DNA from: Eledone cirrhosa
Taxonomy: Eukaryota
Assembly (NCBI GenBank): GCA_964016885.1
Contig: OZ024745.1
Location: 50,468,001-50,532,000, forward strand
Direction: 5' to 3'
Length of the DNA: 64,000 nucleotides
This document shows positions 11,501 through 25,111 of the stretch, in pieces. The first letter of the stretch is position 1. Every line of letters starts with the position of its first letter. A program made the translations under genes and the position numbers. The notes beneath the pieces were generated by a model, which saw only the letters and a program-made list of their open reading frames with translations, was not told the DNA's origin and ran no database searches.

Positions 11501-14500
11501 ATTTCTATTGAAATACACTGCCTACGTGTTTTGATTAGTTTTGAAAAATAATAAAATATTCAAAAGATTTAGTAAAATGTTACTTTTTCATAGTTAAGTT
11601 GGTGTTTGGAACATAACAAAAGATTTTAAAATTAGAGGTTTTGGATTACAATTTCAAAGGTGCATTAAAGGGTTAAATAAGGAAATCTTACATGTAAAAT
11701 AAATGCAAGTTAATAATAAATACCCTAATATAAAAATAGAAATTCACCCACAACAGATTAAGTCCCTAGTCAAATTAGGAGTAATGGTTGTTAAATTAAA
11801 TCTCAAAATATATTATCCACAATAACATTGACAAAATATTTCACTGACTAAGGAAAAGAAAGGAACTGATCATTAGATTGGACAATGAAACAATGTTTTC
11901 ATTAGTCTTTCCATTGCTGTTGCACTCCTTCATCTTGTCTATAAAGTTCAGTATTTTGAGATCTGTTCTTACCACCTCTACACAGGTCTTCGCTTCCACT
12001 GACACTTCACCCAACAATCATCATCTATACTAATTAAATGTCCATACCAGTGCAGTCTTCTCCTTTGCACACTACAGTTGATTTCTTTTACTCCCAGTTC
12101 ATCCATGCTTTGCTGTTCATGCACACAAACATTACACATCCATCAGAACATACTCATTTTATTTCTTTTCAGCCCATATTTCACCCCTTTGCATCACACT
12201 CTATCAATTCAATGCCTGGCTAAGAAAAAGAAAAACAATCAAAAGAAAGAATTGCAATTGTTTACCAAAGTGACATCATTTGAGAAAGAAACCTTGTGTA
12301 TGTTTTCAGATGGAAGATCTTGTTTGGTCTCTGTGAATTCTTCCTCAAATATTTTCTCTGTGTTATTCAATGACACAATCTCAGGGCGAAAGTCTTCAAC
12401 TTTATCAGTTTCTGGTTCTTGTGTAACAATCTTAAGAGAATCAGAAATCAAAGGTTTTGGTTTCTAATTATGTAATTGATAATTTCTACAGATAATTACC
12501 TCCAATAGCTGTAGATATAAGCAAGTTAGTATAGTTTTTATGAAGCATTGTGACAAATGTGATTAAAATAATTTTTAAGAAAGTCAGTATATTATAAATT
12601 AGAAATATAGGAGTGAAAACTAGAATAGAGTAAATTAAGGACAAACAAACAAAACAGTTTCACATCAAGGTTAGGACATTTTTTTTCAAAAGGAAAAAGA
12701 GAGTGTCTCTCTGATAATGTGAATTAAATGAAAATTCAACCTGGTTTAGATATGATGTGAACAAAGTAGTATTGTTCATATGAAATATTATGAAAATTGT
12801 GGTTAGGATCAATTGAGAAAAGCCAGAACAACATAAGTTAGAAAGACAGGAGTGAAAACTAGAGTAAAACAAAACAACAGTTTACAATTTTGCCTTATTT
12901 TGGGAGATAGGACAATATCAAGGCTACAGTTAATAAAACTTTACATGTAACTACTACAGTCATTATCTCTACATTCATATCAATACTACAACTTAAGGTA
13001 TCTATATTAATATTAAAAATGTGTTAATATTAAGCTGTAGTTAATATTTCTATCAAACCAATAAGGAAGGTTACATCCATGTTAATGGCTGTATTGTACT
13101 GCTGTTATTACTGGTATTATTGAGCATTCAATAGCATTAGCAATATTAGTAACTACTATGGTGTATTTTGGTGATATAAACATGGTATAATACAGTGTAA
13201 TGTGGTACTGTGCTGTGTGCCTTATTATCCTTATAAGAAGTATTTCAACAGTGGCCTGGGTCTATTGCAAGCTTTTCACAGGCCTCTCTGTGACACATAA
13301 GTAGCGCACCTGACTCATGTATGCACGTGATACACCTGGTACCACAGGTTTATATGTATGACACAGTGTAACGTGTGTATGTATGTCATACATGGTACCT
13401 CATGTATATATGTATAACAGTGTAACGTGTGTATGTATGTCAGACATGGTACCTCATGTATATATGTATAACACAGTGTAACGTGTGTATGTATGTCAGA
13501 CATGGTACCTCATGTATATATGTATAACACAGTGTAACGTGTGTATGTATGTCAGACATGGTACCTCATGTATATATGTATAACAGTGTAACGTGTGTAT
13601 GTATGTCAGACATGGTACCTCATGTATATATGTATAACACAGTGTAATGTGTGTATGTATGTCAGACATGGTACCTCATGTATATATGTATGACACAGTG
13701 TAACGTGTGTATGTATGTCAGACATGGTACCTCATGTATATATGTATGACACAGTGTAACGTGTGTATGTATGTCAGACATGGTACCTCATGTATATATG
13801 TATAACACAGTGTAACGTGTGTATGTCAGACATGGTACCTCATGTATATATGTATAACACAGTGTAACGTGTGTATGTCAGACATAGTACCTCATGTATA
13901 TATGTATAACACAGTGTAACGTGTGTATGTATGTCAGACATGGTACCTCATGTATATATGTATAACACAGTGTAACGTGTGTATGTATGTCAGACATGGT
14001 ACCTCATGTATATATGTATAACACAGTGTAACGTGTGTATGTATGTCAGACATGGTACCTCATGTATATATGTATAACACAGTGTAACGTGTGTATGTAT
14101 GTCAGACATGGTACCTCATGTATATATGTATAACACAGTGTAACGTGTGTATGTATGTCATACATGGTACTTCATGTATATATGTATAACACAGTGTAAT
14201 GTGTGTATGTATGTCAGACATGGTACCTCATGTATATATGTATAACACAGTGTAACGTGTGTATGTATGTCAGACATGGTACCTCATGTATATATGTATA
14301 ACACAGTGTAACGTGTGTATGTATGTCAGACATGGTACCTCATGTATATATGTATAACACAGTGTAACGTGTGTATGTATGTCAGACATGGTACCTCATG
14401 TATATATGTATAACACAGTGTAACGTGTGTATGTATGTCATACATGGTACTTCATGTATATATGTATAACACAGTGTAATGTGTGTATGTATGTCAGACA

Positions 14501-15687
14501 TGGTACCTCATGTATATATGTATAACACATTGTAACATGTATGTATGTCAGACATGGTACCTCATGTATATATGTATAACACAGTGTAATGCGTGTATGT
14601 ATGTCAGACATGGTACCTCATGTATATATGTATAACACAGTGTAACGTGTGTATGTATGTCAGACATGGTACCTCAAGTATATATGTATAACACAGTGTA
14701 ATGTGTGTATGTATGTCAGACATGGTACCTCATGTATATATGTATGACACAGTGTAACGTGTGTATGTATATCAGACATGGTACCTCATATATATATGTA
14801 TAACACAGTGTAACATGTATGTATGTCAGACATGGTAATATATATATATATATATATATCACAGTGTAAAGTATGTATGCATAACGCAGTTCAACATGTG
14901 TCAAACCGGGTACCATGTATGTATATCACTGTGTAACCTGTGTATGTATGTATAACACAGTGCAATGTATTTGTGCCACACTGGGTACTGCATGTATGTA
15001 CAACACACTTAGTGTAACTTGTGTATATATGAATAACATATCTGTTACCACATGTCTATATGTATAACACAGTGTAACATGTGTGTCTATGTCACCTAGT
15101 ACTAGATGTATTTATGTATGTATAATATACTGTAACATGCATGTCATACTAGGTAACACATATGTGTATGTATAATATAGTGTAATATATGTACGTATGA
15201 ATGTGACATGGTACCACATGTATGTATGTATAATGTAGTGTCACATATGTACGTATGTATATGACACATCCATCACATGTTCAATACCAAGTAAGAGATA
15301 TAAGATCAGTTAGTCAGACAAACTTTACTTCTCCGAGAGAGAACTACTCAGAAGACAGCAGACAGAGTTCTTTCATGGAAAGTATCATGCATTGGAAGAC
15401 AAACCTCTCTTGGTTTAAGTTTTCTAGGGGCTGGCTTTGGTGCCAAGGTTTTGACACAATTTTTCATTGGTGACTATAGAATATAAATATAAAAGTAGAA
15501 ATATACTAATAGATACATGATGATATATGTGTGCGTATAAACTTAAGAAGCAGTGGGAGATTTTGAAATGTAGTCATCCTAACGCAGATGAATATAATAA
15601 TAGTTAAACATTATAAATAATAGTTTTAAGAAATCATGTAAAGTATCCCTGGAGACAGAAAAATGCGTGTGTATGTGTATATATATA

Positions 15688-15744
<57 letters not shown>

Positions 15745-18700
15745 AAAGAGGGTGTGGTAAGAAACCAGGTGGACCATAAGGGGTCCTGACTCATTTCCTA
15801 CATATATATATATATATATTTGTCTGTTTCAAATTCCACTAGAGAGCAGAGGAAGTACTGTCCTGATGACAGCCAGAGAGCCAGAAATGCATTGCCAGTT
15901 GTCCCCCACTACTTCTGCTGGAATCCGCTAGAGGGCGTTAGCCATCAGCTTTTTAATGTTCATAGCTTGAAGGCTTTCTAAATGTTTATTCATAAACATA
16001 CCGTATATCATTAGATATACGAAATTCACATACTTATACATATACAGCTATGTTGGAGCAAAACCGTTAATTCTATTTTGAAGCTGAGCCGGCTTGTACA
16101 GCTCCATATGCATATATCTGTGGAATGCTCAGTCTCTTGCACATTAATTTCACAGGCAAGCTTGTTCCATTGATCTTATCAACTGGAACACTCGTCATAA
16201 CCGACAGAGTACCAGTTATTTATATAATATATATATATGTAATATATTATATATATATATATATATATCATCATCATCATTGTTTAACATCTATCTTCCA
16301 CGCTAGCATGGGTTAGATGGGTTTATCCTATTTGAGGCAAATTGGATCGGGTGACCATGTCTCGCTCGTATAGGACTGTTTCTGGATGGTTTTCTACAGT
16401 TGGATGCCTTTCCTAACGCCAACCACATTATATAACCCATGCTAGCGTGGAAAATGGACGTTAAACGAAGGTGATGATATATATATATATATAATATAAT
16501 ATATGTATATATAATATAATATATGTGTATATATATATGTGTGTGAATCTGAATAATTTCCCTGGAGATATATCTTCATAATATGCTCACCTGTGTAGTC
16601 TTTTGTTCCATTGTTTCTAATGTTTCCTCATGATTCTGCTTGGTTTTGTTATTTTCTTGGGACTTGGAGATATTTTCTGGGAGATCTTTCCCTGTCAAAT
16701 GCAATATGTTTATACAGAAGTTGAGTTTCTACATTATTTTCGGCCATGATTCACAGATTCTAAATGTATTCAGCTCTTTTTATATTTCACTTTTCACAGA
16801 TGATTTATATCAATTAATTAATGAAGAATTTGGAGTTAATAAAATTATTATTTCATTACTAAGATAGTAAATTAAAAATATGGTTACTATATAAAACTAT
16901 GTTGGAAAATTTTAATCTGAATAAGAACCCTGTATTTCAATTAATCAAAAAAAGAATTTCGAAGAATTCAATAAAATTATTTCATAACTAAGATAGTAAC
17001 TTAACATGGTTTTTTATATAAAATTATATTGAAAGATTTTAATTTAAATAGGAATCCTTTAATTGGAGGTTTTGTTTCATAAAATCAGAGCTGATTTTGG
17101 CTAGGTTGATGTTAAAAGGATTAAAACACTAAGATGTTGGTATGGAAACAACAATAGAATATATACCGTTTAGTTTGTTTCTGTGATGTTTTGGAATGTG
17201 TTTTCCTTCTGAAGATGGAATCGGGATATTTTCAAGAGACGATGATGTTAAAAAATTTCCAGTGAGCTTTCCAGATAGTGAAGGTAGTGTCCTATTTAAC
17301 GAAGAATTACTCTCCTGTCAGGAGAGATTACAGTTAGTACACACTCATTTTCAGCTGGATGAAAATGATAAAACTTGCCAAACAAAGGGCCAAGAGGATT
17401 CTGCAACTGTATCAAAGATGTGACAACCTCCCTCGTAATGGTAATAGGGAAAATGGACGTTTAATGATGATGAACAAAATTAACCATGCAACCATGAAAC
17501 CAAAATAAATAAATAAAAATTGCTCTTACCGTGGTTTGTCGGCGTCTGTCTCTCGCTGTTAAAGTTCCAGAAAAATCTGCAGAACTGTTTAATATGGCTA
17601 GTGATTCTTTAAATAATTTAGCTGAACTGTTGGTGTTTTCATAATTTGTGACACTGACTGAGGGTTTATTATGTGCCACTACCATCATGTGACACCCACC
17701 ACAAACAACCTGTCACACAAAAAAAAAAAAAAAAATTGAAAATTTGATTCAAGTTGTTTGTGAAGGTAGAGTTATTTTCTAGTTTGAAATTTGAAATGAA
17801 ACATGGTTTCTACAGCTGCATGGTCTGTCTTGCATCAACTACTATACAGAGTGTACTGGATGCATTTTATCATGATACAAACACTAAAGAGTTTGTCACG
17901 TTCTTGACACAACTGAAGAGTCCTCTCTACCCTTCTTTTTGCATGGCTTATACAACTGGCTGCTCTTCCTAACACCAACCACTTTACAGAATGTACTGAG
18001 GGGGTTTTATTATGGTACAAGCATGGGTGGGTGCAGTGCCTCATGTCTTTAACTAGACTAAAGTATTCCATCTGCCTTACATTGCCTCTGTTTGACGATC
18101 AATTACTTTACAATAAAATGCAACCAGTATACTTTGTGATTTTGTGACATAGAAACAGGGTTTTACAGCATAGAACCAAGGGTGGATTTTGTAATATAAA
18201 TCCAGGAGTGGGTTTTGTAACCTAGAACCTGAAGTACTCTCAGACAGGTTGATATTAAAGAAAGTGTGTTTGGAAATGAGAAGATAAAAATGTGACAAAA
18301 CAACAGATCTTACTTTATCAATAATAAAAGGTTCAAATCGATCTACAAGACAAGGTTCAAACTGATTTGAATACGAGTCTTCTCCCTGGGCTAGCTTTCC
18401 ATGGCGGCTGTCTCCAAATGTGTAAAGATAACCATCTTCTAAAAGAAAATATAACGACAACATTAATTGGCACAAGCCCAACAATTTGAAGGGAAGGGGA
18501 AAATTAATTAAATTGAGGCCAATACATTACTGTTACTTTATTTTATTGACCCTGTGAGGATGAAAGGCAAAGCTAACCCTGGTGGGATTTGAACTTAGAA
18601 CATAAAGGGCTGTAACTATATGCTGCAAAGCATGCCCAATGTTTTGCAGCCCTTAAGAACAGTAACAGCAATTGAATGGTTGTTGGTCGGTTGGCTTTGT

Positions 18701-21700
18701 AACTAAAGCAAGAGAAAATGTTATCTTCTGTGTTTCATACTCACCTAGAAACACATTCTGAGACAACTATTGCAACAAATCAGAATGGAGTTATCTTTAA
18801 TGGAAACAACATATTTAACCCTTTCATTACCATATTTCTGTATTTCATCATCATCCGTTTTTGCCTGTTATCATGGTACCAGCACTAGAGACGTTGTTAT
18901 TCTCTTGGCACAACTGAAGAATCCTTTCATCCCCTTTTGGCATGATTTCTTCAGTTAACAATTTAAACACAAGCAACATTATAAAATAGTTAGGGATAGG
19001 AAGGGCATCCAGCCATAGAAAAGATGCCAAACAAAGGATCAAGAGGACTCTTTAGTTGTGACAAGGGCATGACAACTTCTCTAGTGCTGATAAGATAAAA
19101 ATCCACTTAGGGCAGCCTGTAGAGTGCAGGCTCATATGTAAGTGAGATGCAGGTCAGTAAATCTGTACTGACTTGCTTTATGATGACCTATCCAACCTTG
19201 CTAGCAGGAAAAACACAATGATGACAATGATTATGAACACCCATGAAAGAAATAGACATAGACTAAAAAACAGTATTTTACCTGATACTATAGCTGTATG
19301 GTTGGCACCACAGGACACAGATTCAACCTTAAATGGTAAACATACTTTCTGTGGTATTGATAGTGCCAGTTTGTTGGTCCCTTGACCAAGTTCTCCATTA
19401 GGACCAGTGCCAAATGTGTACAATTCATGTTGTTCTGTTGAAGAAAAAAGTTTAATCCACAGACAGTAAAAAAATTTGTGATTAATAATTGGGTTTTTTG
19501 GTTGTATTTTTCTAATAAAGTATGCCCCCACCCACCCATGTAGTATAAATAACAATATCTACACATCATATAATGCCCCCTCCCATGTCATGTTGTGTGA
19601 TAGCAATATCTTCACAAATACTATAAGCACTATGCAATGTCCCTCACAGTATCTTCACAAATGTTACATTGACTACCACATGTTATTCATATTTCCACAT
19701 GCTTTAATGACCACCATGTGGCATCCTCAATACCTTCTCAAATGTTACATTAACACTATGTTGTATCAACATTCCCTCTAAGCTGCACGGCTGAGAATTT
19801 GCTGTATTTGTGTTGTTAAAATGTTGCCCCTCAGTAGCTTTGAAATGTTGCCCCTCAGTAGCTTTGAAATGTTGCCCCTCAGTAGCTTTGAAATGTTGCC
19901 ACTCAACAACTTTGAAATGTGGCCATACAGTAGCTTTAAAATGTTGCCCCTCAGTAGCTTTAACATATGGCCACACAGTAGCTTTGAAATGTTGCCCCTC
20001 AGTAGCTTTGAAATGTTGCCACTCAACAGCTTTGAAATGTTGCCACTCAACAGCTTTGAAATGTGGCCACACAGTAGCTTTAAAATGTTGCCCCCCAGTA
20101 GCTTTAAAATGTTGCTCCTCAGTAGCTTTGAAATGTTGCCCCTCAGTAGCTTTGAAATGTTGCCTCTCAGTAGCTTTGAAATGTTGCCTCTCAGTAGCTT
20201 TATAATGTTGCCTCTCCATAACTTTGAAATGTTGCCACTCAACAGCTTTGAAATGTTACCACACAATAGGTTTAAATTAAAAATATTTTTGCTCAATGGT
20301 TGAAAACGATTAGATGGAATGTTAGTGCCAATATAAAAAAAAACTACACTTACTGGTTATGAAAGCTGTATGAGAACTCCCACAAGAAATCGACCCAATA
20401 TTTGCATCAAATGATGTCAGTTTAACTGGTTTATGACAATTCTTTATTTCATTACCAAGCCCCAGTTTCCCACCTTCAGTTTCACCAAAAATATAAACAC
20501 AACCTTTTTCTGGAATAATACAAAAAAAAAGACAAACAAAAAACATTATGTCTAATAATTAATGATTTCTCAATTAGACGTTAAGCTAATTACACAAAAA
20601 TATCTACTCATGCAAATTAACAGAATTTGTATAACTACCCAACCTACATTGGTTGAAGAAAAATTAAAAAACAACAATTACTGCATGGAAGGATCATTTT
20701 AGCCATTTAAAAACAAAAAAATACTGTTAACTTTACTTTATATAAAGTAAATGGTAACATGAGAGTTAAGCCTTTTCAATTCTTTCAGTAGCTAAAAGAT
20801 ATCTATGGTTCCAAGATTTATAGATGTTAGCAGTAATACACATGGGAAACTTAGTGGTCTTGACCATTGACCCCCAAGAGGTTTCTCTGACCAGGTTTAT
20901 AGGCATTAGTAGTAATACACTTGGGGAATTGGTGATCATGGCCAAGAACCTCTGAGAGGTTCCACTACCCAGCATCATGTGACTATTGACATGAGTCAAT
21001 GGATAACTTTTACACTATGATTGCACATAAGCCACACAACTTCCACTGGTTTCACCTGTGACCCTAGATGGAGTGGCTGCTAGGTGTTATGCCTTGCAAA
21101 AAGACAGCTTGTGTTTCATCCAGGATGGTATATTTTCATATTCTTTGCTTAACTCTTATATCTAGAATTTGTGAGGTCACCCCATCTGCCACCTTCAAGC
21201 TACTAGATAAAAGATCTCATGATTCTACTACTTTGCATGCGAAAGGGCCTTGGGAAAAACAATTAAGCATATCCTCCAAATTCACTGCCCATGTGAATGT
21301 TAGATAGATATGTACTGTAATACACAGGGTATGTGATGGCTGGGGAGACATGGACAGCAAATGCAGAGGATATATGAGGGCTAGAGAGATATGGGCAGTG
21401 AATGCCAAGATATGTGATAGTTAGGGAGACATGGGCAGTGATATCAGAGGATATATGATGGTTAGGGAAACATGGGCAGTGAATGCCAAGGATATGTGAA
21501 GGCTAGAGACATGGGCAGTGAATGCTGAGGATATGTGATGGTTAGAGAGAAATGAGTCAAGCATGCTCAATTACATGTGTAATATTAATAAATATGAATG
21601 ATGAAGCATGGATGAGCTGAGAGAGAAATTGGGTATAAGAGGATTGAGATGTGTAATGTTTATAGATGATAGTGAAGAAGTGCCAAGAGATGCTGTGTTG

Positions 21701-24700
21701 GAGATGACACAACCAACCCATGCAAGCATGAAAAAGTAGATGTAAAAATGATAATGCTGATGAAATACTGACACTAACCAGTTAATAGTGCTGTGTGGTA
21801 ATATCCTACAGCTATGGCACTAATGGTTTCTTCTGGTAACAACTGGCTTGGTACACAGGATTCTGTAATATCTCCACATCCAAGTTGACCCTCACTATTA
21901 CTGCCCCACATATACACAGCTCCAGACTCTGAAATATAGAACATATATAAGTTGGAATATCACTAGAATATAAAAATCAGTTGAAACAGCAATATTCTTA
22001 TCCCTCTCAGCAATCTTGCAAACTCTACCTCCAAGGGTCATGCGTTCTCCCTGTACCTTTCTGACACATCATCATCTCCACTAATTGCAGCTTTCATAAC
22101 CAGTTAGGGTCCTATGATCAGGTAATTAGCCCTGGCCATTGTTCGACTACAGTAGCAGACAACCAAAATCCTCCTCTATCTATTGCAGCTTTCATAATCA
22201 CCTGTGGTTTCATGGTCAAACCATGGACACTGCTTTTCCCTCTAATCAATAAAAATATATCATCTTTATTTTACATCCACTTTTCGATGATGTCATGGAG
22301 TATATAGGTCATTACAGACACAGTTAGTACTTAATCAGAGCTAGAGTCTTTCTAGACAAGTCAAGAGGTATGTCTCACACACACTTCAGTTTTAGCTAGA
22401 TGCTATCTCTAACGTCAACCACTTCACAGTGTATACTGATGGCATTTTCTCATGACACTAGCACTAGGAAAGTTTTCAAGCCTAACATGACTGAAGAATC
22501 CTCTCTACCCTTTGTTTGGACTGGTTTTTATAGCTGGACGACCGTCATATTACCAACCACTTTATACCATATATAGGGAGCATTTTATCTTGCCACCATC
22601 GCTAAAAAGGTTGTTATGTCCTTGACACAACAGAACAGTTTAGTATGGCTTCTGACTGGATACCCTTCCTATCACCAACCACTTTACAGAATGTATTGGG
22701 TGCATTATATTTTGGCACCAACACTAGGGAGATTGTTACATCCTTGACACAACTGAAGAATCTTCTCAAATCAATAGCAAAAATCAATGCACATGTTACC
22801 TGTAAGACAGGCAGAATGTTCAAAACCAGCAGTAACAGCTTTATAATGGATACACGAAGGTAATTTATCTATATGGTAAGGTTCAACGGACTTGTCAATA
22901 CCAGACACTCCAAGCTGGCCCTCTCCATTGGCACCAAATGAATAAATTTTTCCAGAATCTGTGAAATGAGAAAACGAAAAGATATATATGTATGATAATG
23001 ATAACAGAACAAGCATTTTAAGGATTGTTGTTCCCTGCTAAAAGAGGTAAACACTCTGGGGATCCACAACAAACTTAATATCCATAAAGGCTACAAGCCT
23101 CTCAGATGGGCTGGGGGCCTGTATCTCACTGACACATGTTACTGTGCTCTACTGAGTGTTCAGATGGGCTAGGGCCCTGCATCTCACTTACATACATTCC
23201 CATGCTCTACTGAGTGCATTCTATTGAGGCAGCAGCACTATAACATTTTGTTTCAAATTTTCTATAGCTAGATGCCCTTCCTACCACCAACCACGTTACT
23301 GTGTGTCTTGGATGTGATGGATTTATCATGCAGATCTCCAACTCTAGGGAGTTTGTCATATTTTTGACACAACTGAAGAGTACTCCCATATATATATAAC
23401 AGTCAATGAACTGAGAGAGAAACTAGGCATAAGAGGTGTCAGATGCAGTGTGCAGGGAAGGAGATTGCAGTCATATGAACATGTAATGCATAATCTCTGC
23501 TTACACAACCCCTACTCTACCCAGTATTATCCCAGCCACCCAACCCTCCCATAGCTTGTCGAATTGCACAACATCTGTCTTTTATTGATAACATTTTCAT
23601 CACATCCCCACATCACCACTTGTAAATAATATATAATAAATAAAATCATTAATTTATATATAACTAGCAGAATGGCCCGGCGTTGCTCGGGATTTGCTCT
23701 AGGGTTCTTATATATTTTATATATATTTATCCTTATCGAGCCTCGTGAAATAAATACGTTTGTTTATATTTTGTTACTGTGTATGCAAAAATATCTGTAC
23801 ACGAATATATAATTATATATATATATTTTAAAATAACAGATTAAAGTTTAAGCAAAGAATCGCTGCTTTCACCCTTAACGGGATCTTCTGAAACTAAAAA
23901 AATCAATCTGTGAACGCAGAAGTAAATATTTCGAAAAACATTACACACTATATATATATATATATATGGAGGTACATGGCTTAGTGGTTAGAGCATTGGC
24001 CTTGCAATCGAAAGGTTGTGAGTTCAATTCTCAGACCGGGTGATGTGTTGTTTCCTTGAGCAAGACACTTTATTTCACATTGCTCCAGTTTACTCAGCTG
24101 TAGAAATGAGATGATAGGGACTGGGGTCCATATCATTCCACTGCAAAGTGGTCGTGGAGGTGCCACAACAAAAAACGCACTCAGCACTCACTGTAAATGA
24201 GGTTGGTGTTAGGAAGGGCATCCAGCTGTAGAAATCAAGCCAGAATCAGTTCCTGTCCCACCCTTGCAAGCAGGGAAAAAGTGGACGTAAAATGAAATGA
24301 TGAAATGAAATGATGATATATATATACACACACACTATATATACATATACGCAGACTAGAGAGGAACGAAGCTTGCATGCTCCGCTGGATGTGTAACAGT
24401 AATATACGTGAACGGCAAAGCATAAACGAACTAAGGAAAAAATTAGAGATAAGAGGGATCAGATGTTGTTTACTCGAGAGAAGGCTACGTTGGTATGGAC
24501 ACGTGATGCGCATGAAAGTCGATAGCTGTATAACAAAGTGCAGGGCAATAAAGATAGACGGTAGTCACGGAATAGGCAGACCTAGAAAAACCTGGGACGA
24601 GCTGATAAACTCCGACATCACACACTTACACCTCTCCAAGACAATGTCACTGGACCGAGACCTTTGGCGGTACTCAGTAACAGAGAAGACCCGCCTTACC

Positions 24701-25080
24701 TAAATATATAGTAAAACCTACTCCAGCCAGTAGGCATCTCTAACAAAATACACCCCGTCCCACCACCACCACCCCCACCCGATCCACACCACCCCGTTCT
24801 ATGTAAAGTTATGTTGGTGCCGCGCCATCGAGGCCGAAACAAATGAGATCGTGTAGGTGTCACGACAAAAAAACACACAGTCCACGCTGTAATGTGGCCG
24901 TGTAGGCAACACGGTAAAAACCTCCCAGACCCACACTGTAAATGTGGTTGGTGTTAGGAAGGGCATCCAACTGTAGAAAACCTGCCAGACAGTCCTATGC
25001 GAGCAAGACAATCACTCTTGCCTCAAGTGGGACTACCCCCGTCCAAACCCATGCAAGCGTGGAACACGGACGTTAAACGT

Positions 25081-25111
<31 letters not shown>

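Noticed and set aside
11900-12222. Strong minus-strand acceptor at about 12220 as a further RPGR exon
   Set aside because: All frames stop quickly and the downstream sequence is a decayed RTE fragment.
13340-14836. Regular repeat array resembling CRISPR
   Set aside because: Head-to-tail identical units with no unique spacers, no cas genes, and a eukaryotic intron context.
19704-20303. Four overlapping ORFs of 131-172 aa with 8-aa repeats (HFKATEGQ, LKCCPSVA and others)
   Set aside because: They arise from a stop-poor 24-bp minisatellite inside RPGR intron 7; there is no splice or homology support.
23968-24040. tRNA-like sequence (also at 33720 and 55868)
   Set aside because: A and B boxes run directly into the SINE CORE domain and there is no closed acceptor stem; these are SINE heads, not tRNA genes.
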